From contig MU008149.1 of the NCBI GenBank assembly GCA_010909165.1, forward strand, positions 395,086-459,085: 64,000 nt of DNA, written 5' to 3'. The notes under the pieces were generated by a model, which was given only the letters and a program-made list of their open reading frames with translations, made no database searches and was not told the origin of the DNA. The position numbers and the translations under genes were made by a program. The stretch's first letter is position 1. Each line of letters begins with the position of its first letter. Source of the stretch: Anthoceros angustus (lineage: Eukaryota > Plantae > Anthocerotophyta). Below, piece after piece: positions 1 through 10,363 of this stretch.

Positions 1-175
1 TGACAAAGGAAGACTTCCTCTGCCGGCCCGCAGCTAGCAGCAAAAGAGCCTCCCGCTCCCGCCGAGTCTCTCTCGCTTCTCGTACCTGCTCCACATCAAT
101 GTTGAAAGCTGCTGCAGCCACCTCCTCCGGGAGCCTCCTCAACACGGAGGTCCTGCCTGCAAGAGCCTCAACAAG
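1..175 (-). CDS. Bicupin gene last coding exon, distal part (proximal 7 nt at 3216-3210; split by CACTA; stop lies outside the window)
   Basis: Acceptor TTTGCAG at 3217, then G CCC CTT, the CACTA element, then CTT GTT GAG GCT CTT GCA GGC AGG ACC TCC. This reads QPLVEALAGRTSVLRRLPEEVAAAAFNIDVEQVRE, the typical 11S C-terminal LAGRTS...ALPEEV...AF motif. Confidence 0.85.
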
Positions 176-3100
176 CACTACAACAAAATGCTTGGATTTA
201 TGACGGGCTCGTAATGACGGGTTTCCAGTTGCATTGCTATTGGGGCTTAAAAACCACGGCGCGGCAGATGTATGACGGTTTGGGTTGCACGTCATTGTGC
301 CTGAATGACGGATAGCCAGCCCATCTTTTTCCATGTCATACCCTCGCAGCCCGGTGCCATGGTTGGCCCCAACAGGTCCGGAAGACCTTGCGGTTGACCG
401 CTTCACCGGTTCAGATGCTCACGGCGCATTCCAATCCCCCGCCCCCCCCGCCCCCCATCCGTCCATGCCGTGGCATCTGGATAGCCCAAAAGAGTGCGGC
501 ATCGGACGCGGGGTTTGTCAGAGCATGCTGGTAAAGTCCGTTGAACGGCACTCCGTGCCGTTCAACGGAATGGATGAGAATGACAGACGGCCTTCCGTTG
601 GATTCACGACAATGCCGTGTCCCGGGCTACGGATAAAACCGTAAGGTCCTTCACCGCTTCGCTGTTCGGCCGCCCCTCCCTTTTCGCACATCGCAATGGA
701 TGCTCCACGCAACAACCGCCAGATCCCAAGGATTCTCTGCGCTTGCCCAGGCTGCGCCGGTAGCACCCGCGCCATCCGGGCAGACATTGCGGCCCGCCAT
801 GAACGCTCTTGGGCGCGGCTTCTTGCCGAGGTATCGTTTTCCTTTTCCGCCCTACCCCACGCGTACCACCCCACCCAGCGATGGAACCTAACCGCGTATT
901 GTTTTTTGACAGGCCCGAGCCGACGACCAAGGCCATGAAACTGCCCCGGAATTGGACCTTCCCAACCCGGAGCCGGCGCCGATTCCCCGAGACCAAGCAA
1001 GGGCCATTCATCCAGAACGGGCCGGCATGCCACAGTCGCCGCCATCATCGCCTAGGTCTGACTTTCCAATGGCCGACGACCCCCCAGTGGCCGCCACAGA
1101 ACACATGGCCAACACAATGCAGGAATTGAGAGAGGCGATGGGGGGTGCCGCATGTGACAACCTACGCAAGGCTGCCACAATGCCTATGTGGACAGTCGAG
1201 GAGCCCGAACGGGCTTCCCACACACGGCTGTCTGGGGTTCTTGCATTACTGGCCATCCAGGACCGGTTCAGAATCTCCGACGCGGGCATTAATGCTATTT
1301 TCAGCCTCTTGGCGTCGGACTTCCTCCCCAAGCGCAACACAGTCCCCCGCTCCAGGTCGGAAGTCAAATCAATGCTCCTGCGCGTAGGTCAGAAATGCAT
1401 CCGCATTGATGCGTGTGTAGGTGATCGCATCATCGCTGGGGCCCCGCCAAGAAACCGTCTCATGAGTTCTCAAGAGCCCAGTTCCGGCCGGCAGGTCACG
1501 ATCTGGAAAACGATGTTTTACTTCCCAATTGTTGATCGACTAAGACGGATGTTTGCGTGCTTGTCCACCGCGGGGCAGCTCACATGGTGGAAAAAGCACC
1601 GCAGCACAGATGGGCTGCTACGTATAATGAGCGACACCCCCGCTTGGAGACAATTGGATGCAGTGGACGGATTCGGAGAGGAGGACAAGAATATTCGTCT
1701 GGGCCTAGCAACTGACGGCTTCAACCCCAGTGGCCACCGTTCATCGGCTTATACCATATGGCCGGTTCTCCTCCTCATCCATAACCTGCCTCCATGGGTA
1801 GCAACCAAACGCCAACGTATCCTCATGCCCATCATTATTCCTGGCCCGAAGCAAGTGAAGAACATGGATGTATATATGGCCCCCATGCTCGAGGAACTGC
1901 CGACGTTGTGGACGGGTGTCCCGGCAGCTGACCTTTCCAAACCGGTGGATGACCCAGCTCATTTGTTCACCCTCCGCGCTGCCATTCTACATGCAACTTG
2001 CGACTACCCGGGGTTGGGAGCACTATTTGGGCTACAAGTACGGGGCTACTTGTGCTGCATTGATTGTGGGCACCAGTTAGGCCCCCGCTGGTCCAATGCT
2101 CTTGACAAAGTTGTTGTCGAGGGTCACCGGCATTGGTGTGTAGCTGGAAATGACCCGCGGAGGAAGAGCACATTGAGTCCTTCAACAACCTTCCGGAACG
2201 ACGACCACCTCCGCTCCAACAGTCCGTGCAGGATATAGCAGCACAGATGGAAGCATGGGTGAACGCCACCCCTGTTGAGAGGAGCAGCAGTAGGCCGTGG
2301 GCCGTGAAGCGCCAGTCCGCCATTCTTTTCAACCTGCCATACTTACTCCGCAAAACCGGGAGGAAGCGGAAAGAGGAAGGATCCATTTGACGAGGCCGGT
2401 GCTAGAGGAAGGGGAAGCAATCGATGTAGCGGCATCAGAGTGTGGCAAGGAGCAATGAGGATGTAACGGGGGGTTAGAGACCCCGCCAGGTTGAATGTGT
2501 GGGCGTTTTTGGGATGACCTGTATCTGGCAAGCCGAGTCGGAATGTGTCGGAGCATGCTGACTGGCAGCAGACGAACTGCATAGGCTCTGTTTTGTTTAA
2601 CGGAGACGCACCAGACACCAATCATGCATAACAGTAATATAATCGTTTTTGCCCGATTTAGGCTTGCATCAACGTTATTCAAATCGGGCGGTAGGGCAGA
2701 TGCTCCCGCAAATGAATGACCCGTGGCGGGTAACGCTGGACCCGTGCGCTGAGCTGGTTCGATATGCATCACCAGGCGTATCAAATGTCAGAGCATGTGG
2801 GCTGGCTCGGAGGACGAATCAGGGAACAAGGGTACGGCAGACGGCCGCAGCCAGGGTCGACCGATAGCTCCCAATGGACGAACAGCGGTGATGGACGGAC
2901 GGGGACGGACGCCGCTCTGGAGCGTCCAACCGGCGTCCAGACGGCCTTCGGCATCGTCCGCAAGAGAGGAGGGGGCCCACCGGAGGTCGGTCATGTCGGA
3001 ACCGGTCCGCGAGGACAGCGGAAGAAGTCCGGTTAGCCCAGCGTTATTGAGGGACCCCGTTCGAGTGGCGTCATTCATTTCGCGAGCACGTTCTTTCAAT

Positions 3101-3209
3101 GACTAGTATTATGACAGAAACCCATCCCACCCTCCGTGTCATTAGCAAGCCCGAATCGTGTTTGTCTCATCCATGTCCGCGTCATAAAACTAGACGTTGT
3201 GTTGTAGTG
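176..3209 (+). mobile_element. CACTA (En/Spm) DNA transposon, internally deleted
   Basis: Left TIR CACTACAACAAAATG at 176 and right TIR CGTTGTGTTGTAGTG ending at 3209. The 3-bp TSD AAG is at 173-175 and 3210-3212. Clustered ATGAC(GG)/GTCAT subterminal motifs occur at both ends. Confidence 0.95.
952..2340 (+). pseudogene. CACTA transposase (Transposase_21/Tnp2-like), truncated
   Basis: YFPIVDRLRRMF, WRQLD, NIRLGLATDGFNP, WPVLLLIHNLPPW, IIPGPKQ..MDVY..P..EEL..LW, DYPGL and C..C motifs. Frameshift near 2.2 kb; AVKRQSAILFNLPY follows in another frame, then the similarity ends. Confidence 0.9.
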
Positions 3210-3314
3210 AAGGGGCCTGCAAATGCAAAAGTTCACTCAGATGACGAGATCACCAGATACGATCAGCCTCATCATTGTGCTAGCTAATTGTATAAACAGA
3301 GTCTGAGTACGTAC

Positions 3315-3532
3315 TGGTCGGTGGTGTCGAAGCTGATCCATTCCAAGCCTTCATCGCCAGCCTGAACGCCGTGGGCATGGAAACGGGGAACCACGTATGC
3401 GTCACCTTCCCTCACTTCCCTATCCACAAGCTGCTCCCCGTTATTGCTGACGATCTGCAGATTAGCGCTGCCCCTCAGGATGTGCACGATTTCATGTCCC
3501 GTGGGTGACCACTGTGGAGCCACGATCGCGTT
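3315..3532 (-). CDS. Bicupin gene exon 4 (second cupin domain)
   Basis: TGCAG acceptor, then NAIVAPQWSPTGHEIVHILRG...EGDAYVVPRFHAHGVQAGDEGLEWISFDTTD, then donor CA|GTACGT. Joins exon 3 (GRLES|NAIV) in phase 0 across the copia-containing intron. Confidence 0.9.
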
Positions 3533-4150
3533 CTGCACAGGCCAGAAGACATGACTGTTGAAGACCCAGCTGACCAGCTTGAATAGTTCATACCACTCAT
3601 CGAACAGATACACCCGACCATCATCCCTTCTCAACCGTCGCACCTCCTCACTCACCTGCACCTACACATGCTCACAAGACTTAGCATACATGACAACAAG
3701 AGTAACGTTGAGATGAAATCTGACTGATCTGTAACAAGGAAAACTATTGTCGTACCTTTGTGCATTTCCTTATGGTATCAGAGCATCAGGATCAGACATG
3801 CCACTGAAAGGGTCACCTCATGGCTCGTGGCAGGGGAGCCCGTCCATGGGCAAGACCGGCGCATGAGGAACACCGGTCTCCCTAACTACCTTATTCCCCT
3901 AACGGTGCTCTACGCTGCGAATGTAGACCCGTGAAGAGAATCGAACAAGTAGCCACAAATCGAACCAGCAAACCCCTACCTTCGACAACGCGTCTTTGAG
4001 GAAGCTCTACCGGATTGAAGATAAGGTCCATGTTGAGACCCGCTGCGCAGCTTCCTTGGCATCATTTTGAGAGGCGTAAAGGACCTCCTCCAGCGTGTGA
4101 GGTCCCAATCCCAATCCATCGTTGTCATCCGGTCTGAGTAAACCCTAACC

Positions 4151-5207
4151 ATGTCCACCGGAGGAGGCGCCCGTGGTGGAAACCGCCGGTAGTCGGCTGT
4201 GGCGGGGCGCTGCCGGAGGTGCAAATCTTGCGGTGGTGCAATGCGATTCGCGGTGGTGCGGCAGCAAACCCTATCGCCCCACACTATGCTAACCTCCGCA
4301 TAGAAATAAAGGAAAAGAATAGATTCACGGGTGTAGACTACGATGTCTGGGCTAATCGGATGCAGGGACATCTTGAAGACGCAGACCTATGGACAATAGT
4401 CAATGGGTCGGTGCCCTGCCCTGCAAATGGAACCCCAAACTATGATCAGTGGATAAAATCCGACAGACGAGCCGCAATCTGCTAATTGCCGGCCTCGACA
4501 AAAATATGGTTCACCACACCTTCGGTGCCTCAACGGCACAAACCATCTGGGAACGCTTCACTCAAATGTTCGAAGCCACCGACGCCCAACACTCCGCCCA
4601 CTGCCGTAAGGAACTTCCACAACCTTAAATATAAGGACGGGGAAAGTATCCAGGCACACCTTAGCATCTTCCGCACATTGAGAGCAAGACGCCTCCTGGG
4701 ACTACCTATGAGGATCAGCGCCATAGCCTCCTGACCACATTTCTGACATTTGTGGCAACCCAGAATGCTCTCATGAAGCAGTCTGCACACGCGAAGAAGC
4801 TTAAGCTAGGAGAACTCATGACCCTCTCGGAGGTCATTGCTGCAATAATTGAGGAGGACTCTGCTAGGGGTCCTTCAAAGAGTGTAGCCCCTGCACAAGC
4901 TCTCTTCACCTCACGTTCTAATGGACAGAGACAGACACGAAACAAGAATTGGCAAAGCAGGAAGGGAGGGGAAGGTTCTTCCCAATCAGGCCCTGCCAAC
5001 CCCCATCGTAAGGGGAACTGTAATTGGTGCAGGAAGTTGGGGCACTATGTGCGAGAGTGCTGCAGCAAGCAAGTCGGTGAACCAAGGAAACAAGGTTCCC
5101 CAAGTGCTCACCTTACACAGAGACCGCCAACAATTCTGATCACCACGCTGACCACCACCACTAGAAGCTGCTCCTCCTGGTACTTGGACAGCGGTGCGTC
5201 AGCTCAT
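4151..5207 (+). pseudogene. Copia gag (Gly-rich N-terminus, CCHC knuckle) and start of protease
   Basis: RFTGVDYDVWANRMQGHL..DLWTIV, LKYKDGESIQAHL, CNWCRKLGHYVREC and WYLDSGASAH; stops and frameshifts present. Confidence 0.85.
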
Positions 5208-8107
5208 TGACATTTTACATGGATAGATGCAAATCAATTAGATTAATAATTACATTATGTATAAAGAAGAAGTACTTACTATATGTGTGTTCAGACAAAC
5301 CTAGAGCTAACTTAACTTGTAGTGAACGGGTGTGACTATACGAAACAACGTAACCCTAGCGAAGAGGTAAGTCTCTTAAGCTACGTACACACTATTTAAT
5401 ATCTGGATATATCTTGACCCAATCTCATGAGGCTAACATAAATACTTCCTTTACTCCCAATTGTTGGATCATGACGATTTGGACGTCTCCTCTTCGTCTT
5501 CTCCTCCGCGGGTAGCATATGAGACTGTGAAATCAGCTGAGCGTGAAGCCCACCTGTCGGTGTGTACTGGACTACGCCCGCACCTCTAATTCTTTAGAAA
5601 CGCGATGGAGCGTATCTGTGAAACTTTGGAGAGGTGCGCGGCGCTCATTATAGCATTCCTTTATGCTTTGAGTCTTTTATTCTGCAAGCTGCTGGGGCAT
5701 AAGATCAGTAGGCTCAGCATGGCGTTCTCTTCAGATGAGTCCGGCTCCTCTCCTACTAAGTGCCGTGTGTATCATCGCGATAGCTTAGGCAGGTTTGTCA
5801 GTACTCCTGCTAGAACAGCTGCCTCCACTCCGCGTCAAAGACAAGCAGAGATGCCAGCTCCTGCTGCGAGAGGTGGAGGGCGGCCAAGAGGAAGGCCTCG
5901 CGGGACTACTAAGGCTTTTCTGGAGCAGAGGCGCCTGGGGACAGTATCCTCTCATAAGAATGTCGGTTCTTCTAGCATGGCATCCCCTTGCAGGACTGCC
6001 ACGCCTGAGGAACACATGTTCACCAGAGACGCCAGTGATAAAATTCGCTTCAAAGCAGGTGAGTTTGAATACGCCGAATCTGACTACCGCCCAGCTGTGC
6101 CGCTTAAGTTTCCTGTGCCAGCAGACTCTGATGATGAGACAAAGATTGTGAGCCTTGGCTCCATCGCCATTCCATGCACTCCTTTGTGGTACAAGTGTCT
6201 GTATACCCGACTGAGGATGGTTCGTGTGAGGGTTGAGCACTGCCGTGAATACGAGAGGCATGTCGTCAGCTACTACCGTGAGTACCACACCGTAATATGT
6301 CAACATCCCAGTTTGTTCTTTCCACTTTCCTAATTGCTCCCACTTGCTGTGCAGGTTCTGAGGCCAGACTTGAAGATGAGCATAGCTTGGAAACTAAAGA
6401 GCATATCTCTTATTCAGAGCCCAGGAAGGAGGCAGAAGGGAAGTTGGAAGCCGCCCTAGCAAGGGTAGGGGCGAAGCTGACAGGGGCAGGCGGCATCTCA
6501 GCAAGGCCCAGCGAGACCTTGAAGACGAGAAGGACCTCCTACGAAAGAAGTTAGTTGCCATGGAGCAACGGAGGAGCATTACAAGGGAAAGTACGTGACT
6601 TGGTGAAAGAACGACAAGGATGGGACAATGTGACCAAGGGTCACAAAGAGGAGCTTCGACACGAGAGAACTTTTGGAGCAACAACGAAGAAGGCCGACGA
6701 CCTTACCCACGCCTATGAGACAGAGGCAAGGAACTGCCGGAAGGAAGTTTTGATGGCCCAACGATCTTTGGAGGGTCTTCAGGTCATTCGAGGAAGCGGA
6801 GGTAGCCATAGTGAAACACATGGCAATGGAAGCCATGGAGAAAGATAAGGAGATTGGGAGATTAGCCCTGGAGTTGGAGGGAGCGATAGTGGAGAAAGAG
6901 GCCGCATTGGTAGGAGTGGCACAACAGGCCAGGTGGGACGAGTGTGTCATCCCGCTAAGGGTCCGCATCATGGACGCACAAAAGAAGGAGAGTGGTAGGG
7001 TTTAGGGTTTAGGGTTTATGGTCACCAGGCGCTACCAGGCAGAGTCATGGTAAAGACTCCCTGGAGGTGGATAAGGCTAAGCGACCCGTCGAGGGGGAAG
7101 ACATTGAAGGCAAGGCGAACAAAAGCGTGACGTGGGGACGTCGGTGGGACCTTTTCAAGAGGACGTTTGTCCCAAGTGGTGCACACCTTGGGAAGTGTGA
7201 GTATTTAAGAGTGGCGGCGATAGACTAGGATATTCCGGTCAAGGTGAGTCAATGGTGAGAGGATAAGCGGAAGGGGTGACAAGAGTCCTATTGTTGGACT
7301 TGGCAAGTCGCCTAGCATTAAAGCGCACGAGTGACTAGTCGACTCCCCACCTATAAAAGGGAGGGTGGGAGAATGAATAAACACCGGACCTTGCTTTGCT
7401 ATGCATTCTTCGCCTCCCGCATTCCTTTGTGTCTGTGGCCGTCGTCAGCGGCGAAGGGTGAGGTTCGGTCGGAGGCCCTCGCGGCGGGTTCGCTCGACGC
7501 AGGCCCCTCCTCTCGTGAAAGATTGTTGTTGGATGTGCTTTGTGCTGCTGTGGGTTGGCCACTTGCAGGGTGACTAGCGCTCGACTACGCTCGCGCCAGG
7601 TGTTCGTGCACGGCAATCGGCCCGGGAGAAATACCCAGCTAGTCGCCACCCCAGGCAGATGTGCCGCAAGGGAGGCGTGCAAACTGGTGAACGTTACGAG
7701 TAGAGTTAGATTTAGGGATCGAATGAAGTGGGCTTGAATGGGATTGTTCGCGAGTTATGTTTATGTTGAGAGTAAATTGATCGGTTGCGGGTGTGTCGTT
7801 GTAGAGTGAATTGATCGGTTGCGGGTGTGTCGTTGTAGAGTGAATTGATCGTTGTAGTTGGCATAGGAGAGTGTTGAGAAGTAAGGAATCCTGGAAGGCG
7901 TGGAGCGGGGGCCGATAACCCAAAACGCACACGTCATGCAGCGAGGACAAGTAGACCGGGGCGGGAGTATGAGAACGAGAGAGTGAGAGGAACGACTCGC
8001 AAACAATCCGAACCAAATCTCTTGGGATCGAACCTACGTATTCAACGACCGTGGGATAAGTGTGGCCACCGAGGCGAGTTCCGGGTGACCGGGGCTAACC
8101 TACCACA
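5208..8107 (+). mobile_element. Solo-LTR-like unit (about 2.9 kb) of a long-LTR gypsy-type family, replacing the copia INT/RT
   Basis: Starts TG and ends CCACA. TATA CCTATAAAAGGG near 7350. The 3' motif CTTGGGATCGAACCTACGTATTCAACGAC (about 8020-8050) resembles the U5 end of the 45.9-63.8 kb LTRs (CTTGGGAGCGAATCCTAAGCCTACAACGAC). No TSD. Confidence 0.6.
5719..7005 (+). CDS. Unknown AT-hook + coiled-coil protein inside the LTR-like unit; two exons, frameshifted 3' half
   Basis: GGGRPRGRPRG AT-hook-like motif. Intron 6278-6354 (GTGAGT...CCTAAT...TGCAG) joins YYR|SEARLEDEH in frame. Downstream E/K/L/A-rich helical segments end ...KKESGRV*. Confidence 0.55.
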
Positions 8108-8400
8108 GAGAGTGAGTATGGAGCATTGTCAAAGGCAGGAAGAGAGGTCATTCATTGTAGACAGATCCTTAAGGATCTCGACTATGATCAGTCCGACCCT
8201 ACCATCCTACACTGTGATAACACAGCTGCGATATCTTTGACAGAGGGTGACAGATTCCATGCTAGAACCAAGCATATAGAAGTAGCCTATCACTTCATCA
8301 GGCACTTGGTAGCCAAGAGCATTGTAAAAATGGTCTATGTCCCCACAGAGTCCAACCTCGCAGACATGCTCACAAAGTCAGTACCTAGGATCCGTCATTA
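8108..8400 (+). pseudogene. Copia RNase H C-terminal part
   Basis: ESEYGALSKAGRE...ILHCDNTAAI...FHARTKHIEVAYHFIR...VPTESNLADMLTK. Integrase and RT are missing between 5207 and 8108. Confidence 0.9.
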
Positions 8401-8494
8401 ATCACTTACAACATCCCTAGGACTGGTGGACACTGCAAGCAAGGAACATTCATGAGATGAGATGGCTTGAAGGCGGGCGAGTGTTGAAGACCTG

Positions 8495-8672
8495 ACAGCT
8501 TGAATACCATACCACTCATCGAATGTAGACACACCACGGCCGGCTTGAGCAGTTCATACCACTCATCGAATGACACACCACGGCCGGCTTGAGCAGTTCA
8601 TACCACTCATCGAACAGACACACCCTGACCAGCTTGAACAGTTCATACCACTCATCGAACAGACACACCCAA
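8495..8672 (+). repeat. About 44-bp tandem repeat x4 in the 3' LTR (one copy in the 5' LTR)
   Basis: Unit C(A/G)GCTTGA(A/G)CAGTTCATACCACTCATCGAA..GACACACC occurs four times; a single copy lies at about 3575-3618. Confidence 0.9.
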
Positions 8673-8936
8673 CCATCATCCCTGCTCAACCGTCGTACCT
8701 CCTCACTCACCTGCACCTACACATGCTCACAAGACTTAGCATACATGAGAGCAAGAGTAACGATGAGATGAAATCTGACTGATCTGTAACAAAGAAAACT
8801 ACTGATATGTAACAAAGAAAACTACTGTCGTACCTTTGTGCATTTCCTTAACGACACGATCTCGTCATGAGTGAGAGAGCTCGAGAGTACTGCAGCTGGA
8901 AAGCATTCATGGATGGGTTATGAGCCTGAGGTATAC

Positions 8937-10023
8937 GCTCTCGAGACGGCCGTATGTCAGTCCCAGGTCCACAGCCTTGAGGATAGGCAGCTTGAACCTG
9001 TTCACGCTGTTGTACAAACCAGCGTCGCGGACGCGAACATCAGCGGATCCTTCGCGAACGTTGTACACGAACTCCCCGTTAGCAAGGTACTCGCGGAGAT
9101 CGGGGTCGGCCCGCTCGGCAGATCGTGCGTCGCTGCGGCCCTCTTCCCTGTTGGCCGATTCCGGGACCCTGATCTCACGCTCCACCAGCACAATACCAGC
9201 GCCCCTCTGGCTCTCCAAGAGTTCGTCCACTCGGCTCTCGTCTAGGTCCCAGGCATCAGCCAGGAATTCCCTCCTGAAGCCGTGGAGGATTCCTCTGAAT
9301 TCCTCCTGCCCACGCTCCTCACGCGCATGGCCCCGTTCCCGCCTGCTACCGTCGCTTCCGCTTCCGCCGCCGATCAGATGGAACGCCTGCAACAAGACTT
9401 GATGAGATGACAAATGCGCTGAGTTTGTGGACTTGAGGCAGCTTGCGTCCACTTACAGTGAAGACACCGTCCTGTGAAGCAGATATGTCCGCGATGCCCA
9501 GGATGCGGAGTTCTTCCTTCCCACTGTTGTACCACCAGCCAGCGACTCCTCGGGGGAAGGCAACGACATCGCCACGCCTCACACGCCGAACTCCAGATAA
9601 CTCACCCAAGGAGTAGCCGCTCAGAATCCCCACAATGCCCTTTCCTGCGCCAGCAGCGACAGTTGCAGGCAGCATTGTCAAACCAACGTGCTCGTGCTGC
9701 AGGAGCATTGATCGAGACGAGATCAATGCATCACATTACCACAAGGCAGGAGTTTCCTCACACCCACCTTCCTCAACGTATCCGATGGCAGCGGAATCAG
9801 CGTAGCGGGGCAGGAGCAGGCCGCGCTGCCTGAGAGTGACCCTGGCTCCTGCAACATTGGCGTCTCTCAGGGCCCGAAGGTCCCACTGTTCCAGCCGTCC
9901 TCCGTCTGTCCGGAGGATCTCTTGCGGCTCTTGAAGCTGCAGCTCCTCACGCTCAGCGCTCGCCAAGGATGCCACCAGGAGCAGGCCCAAGACCAAAGCC
10001 AAAGCTGAAGCTGAGCGACCCAT
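8937..10023 (-). CDS. 11S globulin/legumin-like bicupin storage protein, exons 1-3 (10023-9768, 9644-9457, 9386-8937)
   Basis: ATG at 10023 gives a hydrophobic signal peptide (MGRSASALALVLGLLLVASLASA). Cupin-1 motifs LLLPRYADSAAIGYVEEG and RRGDVVAFPRGVAGWWYNSG, plus an Asn-Gly site (YLANGEF). GT..AG introns 9767-9645 and 9456-9387 keep the frame (256+188+450 nt). Confidence 0.9.
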
Positions 10024-10080
10024 GGTGCAGGACACTGGCAGCCAGGTTCGAATACCCCATGAAAGAAGCAGCAGAGCCGA

Positions 10081-10363
10081 GAAGCATTTGTACTACTGGT
10101 GGGTGGCAGGGGCGGATATGGCAAATGCATCAACATTCAGTCTCACTGGGGCAACACTGTCAGTTTACCACCTTGGGATCCATTAAAAGTTCCAAGGGAC
10201 GCCCACTCACGCTGCGGAAGCATTTGTACTACTGGTGGGTGGCAGGGGCGGATATGGCAAATGCATCAACATTCAGTCTCACTGGGGCAACACTGTCAGT
10301 TTACCACCTTGGGATCCATTAAAAGTTCCAAGGGACGCCCACTCACGCTGCGGAAGCATTTGT
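10081..10363. repeat. 136-bp tandem duplication directly upstream of the cupin ATG
   Basis: GAAGCATTTGT starts at 10081, 10217 and 10353. The two full units look identical by eye. Confidence 0.95.

Larger units (their letters stand above)
3556..8850 (+). mobile_element. Ty1/copia LTR retrotransposon, defective, inside cupin intron 3 (antisense to the gene)
   Basis: LTRs 3556-3772 and 8482-8850 (TGTTGAAGAC...CATTTCCTTA). PBS TGGTATCAGAGC at 3773-3784 (tRNA-iMet type), PPT GAAGGCGGGCGAG at 8469-8481. Flanks ATGAC/ACGAC form a 5-bp TSD with one CpG-type mismatch. Confidence 0.92.

Noticed and set aside
3284-3661. 125-aa ORF as a stand-alone cupin gene
   Set aside because: It is cupin exon 4 read through intron and copia LTR sequence; the MQVSEEV start recurs at 8716 as LTR sequence.
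6996-7018. Interstitial telomere (TTTAGGG)
   Set aside because: Only two full units plus partials. Telo-box-like words are common in these LTRs (AAACCCTAG at about 46208, 55797 and 60219), so this is not evidence of chromosome healing.
8495-8672. CRISPR-like array
   Set aside because: Contiguous tandem units with no unique spacers, inside a eukaryotic LTR.
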